From the NCBI GenBank assembly GCA_050613775.1, contig JBODTK010000102.1, positions 186,001 to 250,000 on the forward strand: a stretch of DNA of 64,000 nt, read 5' to 3'. Positions 28,331-41,507 of this stretch are shown here, in pieces; positions within the stretch are counted from its first letter, which is position 1, and each line of letters starts with the position of its first letter. A program made the translations under genes and the position numbers. The DNA comes from Neocallimastix sp. 'constans'. Lineage: Eukaryota. The notes under the pieces are model-generated. The model had not been told where the DNA came from, ran no database searches, and worked only from the letters and a program-made list of their open reading frames with translations.

Positions 28331-28799
28331 TGAAAAGCAAAGTTCCATAAATAAAAATTATCTTTTATAAATTGTAAAAAAATTAAAATTAAAATATTTT
28401 TTTTAAATATATAATATCAAGATGTAATTAAATATTATTAAATATTAAAATAAAAAAATAATTTTTTATAAAAATAAATATACTCTTTGCACAATTAATA
28501 AATTCAAATGAAATATAAATTTCATAGTATTAAGATTGGTATTGTATTTTATTTAAAATTCATATATATTAAAAAATTTCAAGATCCTTTAATAATATAA
28601 AATAAAGTAATGTTTATATTTTTTTATTAAATGAAATAATAAAAATAATTAAAAAAAAAATAATAGGTATATATATATAATTAAATAAGAAATAATTAAA
28701 TATAAATAATAAAAAATACTTTAATTAAATTAATTGTATGAAATAGTAAGATAATAAAATAAAAAGTAAATAAGAAAATGAAAATAAAATATAAAATAA

Positions 28800-29200
28800 T
28801 CAACTATATTTGATTTCTTCCATCTTAGTTTGTAATTCATATTATCTATTTTGTTCATGCTTAGTAAAAAATGCTTTGAATGCTTCTCAATTTGATAAAC
28901 TGTAAAATCTTTATTCTCAACTATATTTTTAAGTATTTTCTTCGAAGGTAATTATAATCATCTACTTAGTACTAATATCATTATATCATTATTTTTGTAT
29001 ATCGATTATATACTAAGGAATAGTTAAATTGATTTTGAATATAGTTTTATAAGATTCCCATGAAGTCTTTTTCCTAATTTTTTCTGTAGCTATGTAATTT
29101 TCAAGTCTTCAATTCTAAGGAATCGAAAAATATTTCCTTTGTTGAATCCATAAATTTTAATAATTTTATATTTTTGGATGTAAATTGTGATAAGATTCAT
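28800..29200 (-). mobile_element. Possible decayed copia gag fragment
   Basis: Minus-strand remnants LWIQQ...LENYIATE and NDISTK.MII resemble a gag N-terminus. Many stops. Confidence 0.3.
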
Positions 29201-29814
29201 TAATTTATAGACATTATTTATTTTTTAATTCAGTATTGATTAAATTAAAAACAAATTTGCTAATACTGCATGATTAATCTCTATCATCATAAAAATTTAT
29301 GTTTTTTGTAATCATTATTATGATATATTTTATTAAATACTCGATATTCGATGTTCTAAGTATTCATATATTAATTCTATAGACTATGATATTTATTTTA
29401 TTCTATATTCCATTTTTAGGAAAATAATAATTCAACTTTTGATATGAAAAAAAAAATATATGAATTATTTTGGAAATTATATCAAATAATGAAATTTACC
29501 AAGCAATAAATTTAAAAGTAATTTTAGTTTAAGATGAAAGTATTATTTCTTTGATAGAATACTTTTATTAGGACACCTTTTTGCGAAAAGTATTAGAAAA
29601 ATATATATGACATTAATTAAATAGGTCATTAATTAAATAGGTCATTAATTATTAGAGACATGCAATAATCCAAACATTTTTTATGAGGTATTTTATAAAT
29701 ATGAATTATCAATTATATTATATAATATATTTCATAAAAAAAAAAAAAAAATCCTAGATCATTTTGAAATTTAGATTTGAAATACTTCAGTATTTCTTCC
29801 AAATTCATAATAAT

Positions 29815-32800
29815 TGTTAGAAATATAAATATGAAGTTTTATAATTATATTAATTTAATTGTTATATATATTAATATATTCATGTAAAGTATGTGACCAA
29901 AAATAATAATAAGTCACATATTATGTTAACTATAAATATCATAAAAATGTACATTATTATATTTATATACCATTCTAATATTTTTTAAAAATAAAGAGAT
30001 TCTTATTTCTAAAAGATTAAGAGTCTCAGTCTTACCGGATTGAGCAAAGTCATGAAAGTTAAGTATTCAATATAATAAAGTAAAATATAAAATATATATA
30101 ACTATTTAATTTTAAATTGTTTTACATTATTATAAAATTAATTATTTTAATAACACATTTTATTTACTACAATCAAGTCTATTTAATTAAATATATAAAA
30201 TTACAAATTATGATTTATACGCATGAAAGTTAAGTATAATTTATAGAAGTATTTTAGTAATAACATATATCGAGCTGAAAAGATATTATAGTCAGCCGAT
30301 ATTATAAAAAAAAAAAAATTAGTTAAAACAAAAATAAAAATAAAATAAAAATTAATATCATCCAGATGAAAAATTAATAGTCAACTGATGATATTAAAGT
30401 AAATTTGAAATTATAAATAATATTAATATAAAAGTAAAATTTAATTAAAATAATAATAAAAAATTAATAACTAGTTTATTTTTATTAAATAAAATATAAA
30501 TAAATCGTGTTATACATATTTCATTAAATACATTAAAACGAAATTATAGAACAAATCAATCAGTAAAAATTAAAGAAAAGTAATAAATATAATAAATTAA
30601 AGAAAAGTAATAAGTAAAATTTTATTAAATCAAAATTATTAATAAATTAAATATTATCAATACTTTATTAAATAAAGTTTCGTATCATAACATATAATGT
30701 AATAAAAATTACAATTTTATAAAGGCAAATATAAATAAAAATTCAAATTTGAATTTTAAATATAATAAATTACATTAATTGATAAATCAAGAGCCAACAG
30801 AATTAAACATTATCAAACTTTAATAAATAATATTTGTCTTACCAATTAAAATCAAAGAATGCATAATTTTTATTTTAAATCAATTTATCAATACAAATAA
30901 TATTAATTAAAGTTTAATAATTAAAATAAAACAAATAAAATTTGATCTATAAATCCTATAATCAATTATATTACTAAACTTTAATTAATAATATATATCT
31001 AAATCCAAATATGAAATTATTCACCTATTATATTTTTGACAATTAATATGATATATGAGATTAATATTTTATTATAAGATATGAAATATAGAAATGTTTT
31101 AAGTTTTATCAAATAACATGTTCTTAAATGAAAAATTAATGATACATTTAAACTGGTCTTTAATGAAACATTTACTTGTTAATAATTGATATTTAGAACC
31201 TAAGATATTCTCGGAAAGATTTCATTTTGAAAATTTATATAATCAATTTTTATGTAATTATATTTAGATAATTAATAATAAGAAATTATTTATAGTTAAG
31301 AATTCAAAGATACATATATTTTCAATGTAATATAATTTCAATATACAGAAAAATAAAATTCTTTTGATGAATTGATCTATTCAATTTGATTTCTAGAATA
31401 TAATGTTATTCGTATTTTTAAGTAATTTTTAAAATATAATAAAATAAAAAAAAATAATTATTATAAAAAGAAGAAGTTGGTCTTTACAAAAGAATATTAG
31501 AATAGTCAATACTAAGAAATTTTCCTTTGAAAATAAAAATGATCTTGATTGTCATCGAAGTGAAAATGATTCCTTATAAATATATACATGGCAGGTTCCC
31601 ATTATTGTGAAGAAGATGAATATCCAAAGAAAAGAGAAAATTGGTCAAAGGTTTATGGACCACATTTAATTTATTTGAATAAGACAGAGTCTCCATAAGC
31701 TTCATTGTGAGATGTCAAGGTAGTAGTCATAGTTGAAAAAGCTAAATATCCATTTTCATTTGTTTCTCAACAAGGATATGTTAAACAACATGGAAATGTT
31801 ACAGTTAAATTAACCATTAAGAATCCATTAAATAATTCAATTTTCAGAATAGATTATGCCGTTGTTGCATTAATTCAACAAGAGTCTAACAGAGAATCTA
31901 TTCCTAATCAACAATGGCGTCATTATTCTTTTTAGGCTTATATTATTTCAGGAATTAGTCTAAAATTATCTATTAACAATATTATTCCAGGTACAAATTA
32001 ATTGTGAGTATGGTTTAAAGGAATTATTGATAGATTTATATTAAACAAAACCGTTACAGTCACAGCCGGTAGAATTACTAATCTTGAAAAATTGTTTTCA
32101 AGATTAGTTCGCCGCAATGGTATTCGAGGATTCTACCGTGAATTAGAATTCCAATTTGGACCTAATAATTTCAAGGCTGAAGAAAATAAGATTTTTTTAA
32201 ATGATAGCGAGACAGGAGGATATACTAATAATTACCAATTTGATGGTATTATATATGATTATCCAATATCAAATAAAATAAAATTAGTAAATAATTATTT
32301 TAATTTAAAAAAAAAAATAAAGAAAAAAGTTAATATTGAAAAACAATTTTTTACAAAATCTTAAATATTCTAAACTTAGATGATGAAAATAATGACGAAA
32401 TTAATAATAATAATGAAGTAAATAAAGAAGGTTAAAAATATATATATATATATATCCTATACGAAATTCGAACAATTTTCAACATACAAAATAATAATAA
32501 TAAAGAGTTACAACTAGAGTTTGATTCTATTGAAAAAGATATTAGTACAGTAACTATTGATGAATCAAATATACCAATGAAAAATGAAAGTAATGAAATA
32601 TATAATGAAATTTCATTATATATTTCAACACTGAAAAGGAAATAATAATAGTAAGAATTCTAATCTTTACCAATAATAATAAAAAAAAAAAAAAACATGA
32701 TTTTTCAAGCGATTCATATGATAAGAATCAAAACATAATATTAATATAAAAAATATAATATTATTTATATTCTTCTTGAATATTATAAATCTAGTTCATA

Positions 32801-33111
32801 ATTTTTCTTTAGATAAAATATTAAAAGCAAAAGTATAATTTTATGTTGTAATACAAATATTATATTTCTATTCATCTCTAACTTTCATCTAATGTTAGAT
32901 TTGAGGATGAATGTTAGAAATATAAATATGAAGTTTAATTATATTAATTTAAGGAATATTGTATATATTAATATATTCATGTAAAGTATGTGACCAATAA
33001 TAATAATAAGTCACATATTATGTTAACTATAAATACTATAAAAATGTACATTATTATATTCATATACCATTCTAATATTTTTTAAAAATAAAGAGATTCT
33101 TGTTTCTAAAA
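29815..33111 (+). mobile_element. Non-autonomous LTR retroelement (3.3 kb) carrying a host CAZyme fragment
   Basis: Near-identical 200-bp LTRs at 29815-30014 and 32912-33111 (TGTTAGAAA...TTTCTAAAA). PBS at 30015-30045. Purine-rich PPT-like gaggatgaa just before 32912. Identical 5-bp TSD ATAAT at 29810-29814 and 33112-33116. No pol motifs seen inside. Confidence 0.9.
31470..32260 (+). pseudogene. Rhamnogalacturonan lyase (PL4) pseudogene fragment
   Basis: Interrupted translation gives PL4-like motifs in the expected order: GSHY, ENWSKVYGPHLIYLN, KYPFSF...GY...GNVT, WRHYSF, INNIIPGT, TVTVTAG, RNGIRGFY...EF...EENKIFL...YQFDGI. Several stops, frameshifts and an apparent internal deletion. Confidence 0.75.
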
Positions 33112-34733
33112 ATAATTTTAATAAAATTTTTTTTTTCTAATTAATAAATCTTAAAATTTAAAAGTAATTGTTTTTTTTTTTGAGATATATAATCCTATAA
33201 AAAAATTGTCTTAAATTAATTAAGAAACGTTTTATAATTTTAGAAATATTTTAATTTAATATTAAAAATTTTCAAAGAAATTATTAGTATGAATTTTTGA
33301 TTAAAAAATCCTATTCCTAACAATTTATTTTAATGAAAAAATTTTAAATATTAAAATATTGAAATAAGTCTTATTAATTATTTAAACTAATTTAATAAAA
33401 AGGTTAACTAAAAATAAACATTTTTCATTTTATTTAACAATTACTTTAATTATTAGTTATTAATTATTTTAAAAAATAGTAAATATGAAATATACTATTA
33501 TCCATATCATTTATAAATCACAGATGAAATCATTATCATAATTTTATATTGATTAAAAGTTTTAAAATTTGTTTTTAAAATATTCAAATTATTTTAATAA
33601 AAACTTTTATAAATATTTTATTGTATGTACTTTTAATTAAACGTAAATTCTTCTGTAATTTTATATATATATTATTATTAGTAATTCATGTAAATTACTA
33701 TTAATATTTTTAATATTTTTTTTTTTTGAATTTATTTAAATAAAATTTAATTTGCATTATAAAAATATTTTCTATTTTAATAATAATATTAAATATAAAG
33801 CTTTATGGACAAGTATTATATTTGTATAAATATAATTTGTATAAATATAATATTTTTTTTTAAAATATATAAAATATTATTTATAAACATATTTCTTTTA
33901 TATTAAAATATTATTATTATTACATTTTAAAAGAAAGGAAAATAAAATAAACTATTATATTAAAATGGTTCTTTTAAATATAATTATATATTACGGTATT
34001 TTAAAATTAATATGTGACATACCATTATTGTATAATATTAAATAAAATAAAAAAATTATATTTTAATTATATATATAGAGTACTTTAAATAAAAACTTTT
34101 AATAATAAATATTATTAATTACTTAATTAAAATTTCGTTAAAACTATCTTATAGAATATAATTGTAAATATTGGAAAACGACATATTAATTTTTTTATGA
34201 TTAAACACTAATTAATAATTATTTATAATTAAACAATTAATAATCTTAATTATTTTAATTAGAAAAATTAAACAAATAAATTTTTGTTTTATATAAAAAT
34301 CATTAAAACTTTTATAAATAAAAATTTGTTTTGATTTCTTCTTTTAAAAAAAGAAAAATGAAAGTATTTTAGATATTCAAAGAGTTAATAAATTAAAACT
34401 CAGTTATAAAAAATCATTTATATATAATAATATTTATATCCTTAAATATCATAATGTTTATTTAAATATTATTAATATTTAATTTATTATTCAAATAAAA
34501 AAAAAATTACATTTTATATTTAAATTAACTATTAAATTATGATTATGATTATGATTTATATATTTAAAATTTGTTAAAATTAACCTAAATAAAATTTCAT
34601 ATATATAAAAAGTGTTTTAGTGTTTCTATTGATAATTAATTTAAAAATATATATTAGATTTAATAAATAACATTTATTTATAAAATTAAATTTTAATTTG
34701 TTTTTTTTTTACAATTATAAATTATTTAATTTC

Positions 34734-35519
34734 ATGTCCATACTGAAATATTTATTATTAATAATTGCATATTCATATCAACTATTACGAGTAAAATGTT
34801 CTTCCTCAATTAAAATATCAGTGATTATCCCAGTGTATAATAGTGAAGATTTTTTGAGTCGTTCCATTCAAGCAATAATGAATCAAACATTAAAAGATTT
34901 AGAAATAATATGTATTGATGATGCCTCGACGGATCGTTCGTTACAGATACTGAATGAATTTAAGGAAAAAGATTCCAGGATTAAAGTGATCTCCATGAAG
35001 GAAAACAAAGGACCCTCTATTTGTAGAAATACTGGTATCAATGTTGCAAATGGTGAATATGTTGGTTTCATGGATAGTGACGACGACGTTGATAATAGAT
35101 TCTACGAGAATCTCTACAACTACACCGCTAATAACGATATGATTGTTGGTAACTATGTGAAGAGTATTAATGACTCCGATGACTACATACCCAACCGACG
35201 ATTTGGCAAAACCGTCTTTGTATGGGATACGATATTCCGAAGAAAATTTCTTGATGATAATAATCTTCGTTTCCCAACCAACATACGATATGCTGAGGAT
35301 AAAATTTTCCGAGAAAATTGTTATAAGTACCAACCTAAAATATTTAAGACACCAGATGAAGGGATCTACTACTACTACAAGCAGAGAGAAGGATCGCTCT
35401 GTAACCGAGGAAAAAGATATATGAAACATATGACAAGAAGAATAAATAGAATAATAAAAAAAAGAAATCAACATAAAAGGAGAAATATTGCTGAAATTAA
35501 GGAATATAGTATGATATGA
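34734..35519 (+). CDS. Glycosyltransferase family 2 (bacterial-type GT-A) with signal peptide
   Basis: ATG at 34734 and a hydrophobic leader. ISVIIPVYN, IICIDDASTD, GPSICRNTG...GEYVGFMDSDD, ED motif, YYYKQR.GS. Intronless, with a basic C-terminal tail. Confidence 0.9.
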   Translation: MSILKYLLLIIAYSYQLLRVKCSSSIKISVIIPVYNSEDFLSRSIQAIMNQTLKDLEIICIDDASTDRSLQILNEFKEKDSRIKVISMKENKGPSICRNTGINVANGEYVGFMDSDDDVDNRFYENLYNYTANNDMIVGNYVKSINDSDDYIPNRRFGKTVFVWDTIFRRKFLDDNNLRFPTNIRYAEDKIFRENCYKYQPKIFKTPDEGIYYYYKQREGSLCNRGKRYMKHMTRRINRIIKKRNQHKRRNIAEIKEYSMI

Positions 35520-36296
35520 TAATTTTAAATTATTAATTCTAACCAATACTTATATATAACTTAAAAAAAAAATTATTTATTTATATTCAAAATAGACAAA
35601 TAGCTTAATTATATATTCAGTTATATTAAAATTTTGAGTGAATAATTATTTAAAAAAAAATGAATAAAATTTTAAATTAAAAAAAAAAAAAAACTAATAA
35701 AATAAATACTTATTCATTAGAAAAAATGTAATATTAAAAAAATATATTTAATAAAAGCCTCTACTAATAAACTTTTATAAAAAGGATATTACTTATTCTT
35801 TTCAATACAATCATTATATTTATTTCATTAATAAAAAAGAGCACAATAATAAGCACAGAAATCATTTATTTAAAAGTCTTTTTAAATTTCTTTCAATGAA
35901 AAATATCTGAATCTAAATTTAATTTTTTTTATTTTCTTCTTTTTTTAAATCAAAAAAATATAAAAAAGTATAAGAGTTAATTTAAAAAGAATTTATATAT
36001 TTAATTAGATTTTACTGATTAAAAGCTTTATTTAAGACTTTAGTTAAAGTTTTTTAATTTTTTTTATAATGAATACAAAAAAATGTTACTTTAATTTACA
36101 TATTATGTGTAGAAGTGACTATAACTAATTATTATAAGTATTCATAATTCTAGAAAAAAAATTATTTAAAACTCTATTAAAAATATATTTATTTTTTTAA
36201 TATTTTTAAAATTTTTAAAAAGTTTTTTATTACTTTTAATTTAAATTTTAATATTATTAATAAAATACTAGTAATAATTAATATTTAATGATTAAT

Positions 36297-38749
36297 CCCT
36301 CTGAGGATCGTACCACCAGAAATGGTGTCCCTGAGGGATATTACTATTAATACCTCTCTTGGCAAAGGGAATTATAGTTTACATAGAATATTAATGATCG
36401 GTCTGTAGAAGTTTAGAAATTCATTTCATTTTTATTTTTGTTTTAATCAATTTTTTTTTTTTTTTATTTTTTTGAGATTTTTTAATCATGAAGGATCTTG
36501 GAACTATTTAATTTTTTTCTTTACTAACTTTTTTATTTCTTTTATCTTTTATTTATTAATATTTTTTATATATTTAAAAATATATTTATTTATATAAACT
36601 TTTATATTTAATAATTTTATATATACTTTATATTATTTTTTTTTTATTTTTTTTTTACCTTATATATAAATATTTATCATCTTGTCTGAGCCAGATAAGT
36701 ATAACTTTTCTTATTCTTTTTCTTTTTATTCTATTTCTCTCTGTTCCTTTATCCTTTAAATTCCTTTTTTTTTATTCTTTCACTTTTTTCTTCTACTTAT
36801 GAATGAATTGAGTACTAATCTTTCCTTTCTCCTGCTTTACTGATTATTATGTTAATATTTTATTTTCTTTATTCTTTTACTTTATATGAATTCTTACTTT
36901 AAAATATTTCCAGTTTAATACATTAATCCTACTACAAAATATGATCTTTTATTCTCAACAATACTCAAACTTCAATGATATTATTACAATTAAAAAAAAA
37001 AAAAAAAAATATTAAGAACAAACTTACCTATAATTATCTTATCACTCAGCTTATTTTTTAGTTATAATTATCACAAATTTAAACTTTAAATTCTATAGTA
37101 TTATTATTTTGATTATCTTACAATGAATTCAACTCATATATCAACTCAACTTATATAATATCAGTTAGTTTGACGTCATTTTGGAATCAAAAATGCTCTA
37201 TTGGCAATATATATACTTCCCCTTAATATTGATGGCCTGAAGCTCGTTTAAATGCTTTCTCTGAAATGGAAAAATGATTAAGTAGTCATAATAAAGAAAA
37301 TTCACCTTCAGTTCTTTTAGGTGACTTTAATATGCCCTTCATAGCGCCTAGTGAAAGAAAAATGAAGGCTCTACTCAGTCATGTTTTTTTTTTTGGGCTA
37401 ATAAAAATGAAATGATTTTTTGGTATCAATAAATGTGTTACAATGGTTATTAAACCCTTAAGTTTTGTTTCATATCCTGGTTATGAAGAACCTACATTTC
37501 ACCTTGTTATGTATTCTATCTGTAAAGTATCTGTGTGTATTTACTTAGGAATCTCCTTCAGTAATGATCTTTCCCTTGAGCCTATTATCACTTATATGAA
37601 TACTAAAGTTAGAAAGTCCTTATTTTCTTTCTCGAGTTTTTTTTATCCAATAATAAAGTTCCATTAACTTTTAAAAGATCTATTATTCAATCATATATTA
37701 TTAGCAAAGCATTATATTTTGCTCCATTTTTAGGTTCAAACAAAAACAATTCTAACTGGATCTTAAGATTAAGAGCTGGTTACAAATATATTTCAACTAT
37801 TGCAATTAGAAGTGGAAGAGTTTCTGACGACTGTCCTAAATACTGCCCTTGTTGTGGAAAAAGTGAACAATCTTTTATCCATTAGATATTTGAATGTTCT
37901 TTATGACAATGTAAATCTTTAGATTTTATCAATGATTTATTAATTATATTTGTCAATAAAGTAAGGTCTCTTTTCCTTACTTTCTTCTTATTCTAATATT
38001 TTTAGAATTTGAAAATTTCATAAACAGGTATATTTATACATTCTTTATTGGGGGAATTTCAGCTTTAGATGAGCTACAATTCGATACTGGGGAACAGAAA
38101 CTTTTAAGTGAATAACTCCTAAAACGTTCACAGGGGTCTACTGTTCCGTATATTGTGGGGCTTGCGAAAAAATATCATGCTAATACAATACCAATCATTA
38201 GTAGCTCTCTTGAGTTACTTTTTGAGAGGTTTAGCAAAAACACTTTCATTACCAAGAGTGCCGACGTCGTACCGATATGGCAAAGGAAGAGTGCAGTTAG
38301 AAGTCTTATTAATTCTCATCAATACACATTAACTAACAGAACCTATTGTAAGTAATTCAGTTTGTGTTGATCTTTCTTGTGGTTCAGGGGAGAGTTTAGT
38401 GGATACCACACTATCTATTTTAAAGATATTACTTCTTTGTTTTAATATTTTAGATTTAACTGGTGATCATATTACTACTCGTAGTATACATCACACCGAA
38501 TTTTTTTTAACTCTTGAAGTTATTTTTATTCTTTATTACGTTAAATTTTCTTTGATTAATTAAAATTTGTTATTTCTTAACTCTTTATTATTTTTTATTT
38601 TACTTAATCTTTTAAATACATTTTATTTTTTTTTATCTTTTAATTATATGATGTATATTTTTATAATTAAATATAATACATAAAGATATTTTAATCCATT
38701 TAATAAAGCATTGGAGGTGTATTCTCTTCATAGTCTAAAAAAAAAAAAA
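36297..38749 (+). mobile_element. Internally deleted non-LTR retrotransposon (LINE)
   Basis: 12-bp TSD TTAATGATTAAT at 36285-36296 and 38750-38761; poly(A) at 38737-38749. APE remnants IGNIY and SVLLGDFN (~37200-37330). C-terminal zinc region WILRLRAG...CPKYCPCC...H.IFEC (~37755-37900). No RT core seen. Confidence 0.85.
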
Positions 38750-39766
38750 TTAATGATTAATAATATTTTTTTAATTTAAATTATAATTTGAATAAGAATA
38801 AAAGAAAAAAATAAGCAACTTATGTTAAAATTATATGGAAAAATAATTTTTTTTGAAGTATTATAATTGAATATATATTTTATATGATTTAAATTTCATT
38901 TATGCAATCTGTTTGTAATATTTTATGAAGAATTTTAAAGAAATTAACTTAGGATTTATATTCCAAATTATTACTGATTTTATATATAATATATTTTATA
39001 TTTTATTATTATGATATATTTTGAATTGAAAGAAAATATTTTTTCAAAGAACAGTAAATGAAATTCGAAAAAGATTTACAATTAATATTTTGTTTTAAAA
39101 AAAAAAAATAAATATTATAAATGATCATAGATTAATATAACTTAGATATTAACTTTCATATAAAAAATATTTATTATAATCATATCTTAAATTTTAACGA
39201 TTATTATTTTATTAAATATTGACTTAACATTAGAATTACGTATTAAAAAGTTTTAAAAATAAATTTTCTTATTTTGTATTTTAATTGTTTTTTTTTAATA
39301 TTTTAAAAAATAATGTTTTATTATAATAAAATGAGAAGAGTTAAAGTTATACATAAAATTATGAATAATATTAAATTTTTTTTTCATCAGAACATATTAA
39401 TAATTATATTATTTTTTATTAAGTAAAATAAAGAAAAAATATGGATACAAATTTCTATGAATAATAAAAATTATATATATTAAAGAAGTTTACTAATTAA
39501 TTTATATTAAGATATCTTTGATACCAGTAAATAAAAGTATTATTTTATAATTTTGAACAATAAAAAATGCATTTAAAATCAATTATTTATTTAAATATTT
39601 TTTTTTAAAAAAAAAAAAGTTCTTCTAAATAAACATTTAAAAATTTTTTTTATTTAACAATTTCTGTTAGAATGTGAATAAAAAATATTTTTAATTCACT
39701 TATTTTTTATTTTATAATAAAATAAAAAATAAGAAAATAATTAATATATGCATCTTAAAAAGGAAA

Positions 39767-39814
<48 letters not shown>

Positions 39815-40704
39815 TTTTGTTCTTTAAAGAAACATTTTTTTATTATTGTTTTTAAGAAAATTTTATAAATTTTTTTATTATTAAAATTTTAAAGAGTTGA
39901 TGATAAAAAAAAAAACGATTTTTTAAACTGTAGTTTTAGATCTATAGAAAAATAAAAAATTGATTTCTTTCTTTTATTTATTAATTTTTAATTATTTTTA
40001 TCTCTAAATTATTTTACTTTGTTTTTATAATATTACATAATATTTATTTTTATTTATTATTTATTACATAAAAATATTTATTTAATTATATTGCTTACTA
40101 TTTGACAAATAACAATAAATTGATATCAAAATAATATTTCGTTTTTTAAATTTATATCTTTATATTTATTGATTTTTTTTATTAATAGTTTTAATACTTG
40201 TTAAGTAATTCATCCCTCTGAAATAACTAATTTTATTTATTATTTTTACCATTATCAATCATATAAATTATATTTTATTATATAGAAAATTTGATATAGG
40301 AAAATTCAACATCTGTATTTTATAGCTTAATCACTTCATAAGATAACGAACACTTAATCCATATTATTTTTATGGATTTTCATTATTATTACTACTTCAA
40401 GTAACTAAAAATAACTCATAATAAAACTATAATAATTATATGAAATAAAAAAAATTAGTATATTAATGAAATAAATTTTTAAAATTACTATTTCAAATGT
40501 TTTAATATTTTTGGATTATTGTGTATTATAAAATAAAATAAAATAAAATAATAAAAAAATAAAAAAGATATATTTTTTTAGATTAATATTATTTTTATTA
40601 TAAAAGTTATAAATACTAAAAATTTTCATTAATTAATTAATTATTTGTTTATTTATTAAGTATTTATTTTTCATTATCTATTATTTATAAATTATTATTT
40701 ATTA

Positions 40705-40864
40705 ACCGAAAGATCGTGAACCACGTCTGAATAGAGTAAAGTCAGAGGAAACTCTGATATATACTCATAGTGGCTCTGACATGTAAATCATTCATCAAAT
40801 TTTGGTATAGAGGCGAAAAACTAAATCTAGTAGTAGGTTCTCTTCTGAAGTTTACCTCTGGATA
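40705..40864 (+). pseudogene. Decayed fragment of 28S (LSU) rRNA
   Basis: Collinear with the conserved eukaryotic LSU segment CCGAAAGATGGTGAAC...CAGAGGAAACTCTG...TCTGACGTGCAAATC...GGGCGAAAGACTAA...TCTAGTAGCTGGTTCC...GAAGTTTCCCTCAGGATA, with many G/C-to-A/T changes. Confidence 0.9.
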
Positions 40865-41056
40865 ATTATTTATTATTTATTATTTATTATTTATTATTTA
40901 TTATTTATTAATAAATACTCTTTTTATTATTTATTATTTATTATTTATTAATAAATACTCTTCTTATTATTTATTATTTATTAATAAATACTCTTTTTAT
41001 TATTTATTATTTATTATTTATTATTTATTATTTATTATTTATTATTTATTATTTAT
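40865..41056. repeat. (TTATTTA)n array with recurrent AATAAATACTCTT interruption
   Basis: Tandem heptamers with three copies of the interrupting motif. Confidence 0.9.
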
Positions 41057-41507
41057 AAGATTGTATTTATCCTGAACTCCTCATAGAAATTCAATTTTGT
41101 TTTTAATTATTTAACTAAACTTTATCATTTATTTTTTAATGAAAATCTTTCTTATAAGAGGATATGAATATCTTTAATTAAATTATTTTTTAATTTTTAT
41201 TAAATAATTTTAAAAGTATTCTAATCCCAACTTAAAAAAAAAAAAAGGAGAATAAAATAAATAAAAATAAAAAAAACTTTAAAAATGATAAAACTTATAT
41301 AAATTTAAATAAAGTAATTTATTTTTAAAAAATATAGAAAAGTCGTTCATTTCTTTTATTTTTTTTACTTCTTTTATTATTCCTTTTGTCATTTTATATA
41401 TTATCCTAATTCATATATAATCTAGTTTTAAAATTTATTGTTGAGGGAATAATCGACTTTTTTTGTTTTTGTTTTTATATTATATAATTTGTATTTTCTA
41501 TTAAAGA

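Noticed and set aside
30015..30045. tRNA gene on the minus strand
   Set aside because: Only D-arm and anticodon similarity, with no T-arm or acceptor stem. Its position right after an LTR marks it as a PBS.
34941..35546. 201-aa minus-strand ORF
   Set aside because: Antisense shadow of the GT2 gene.
36297..36345. Hammerhead ribozyme (CTGAGGA...GAAA)
   Set aside because: Stem II does not pair and there is no proper UH site before stem I. A simple GNRA hairpin fits better.
39776..39812. Long poly(T) run
   Set aside because: No adjacent element or TSD recognised; homopolymers are common in this window.
40705..40864. Functional rRNA gene
   Set aside because: Only 160 bp, with mutations in universally conserved positions.
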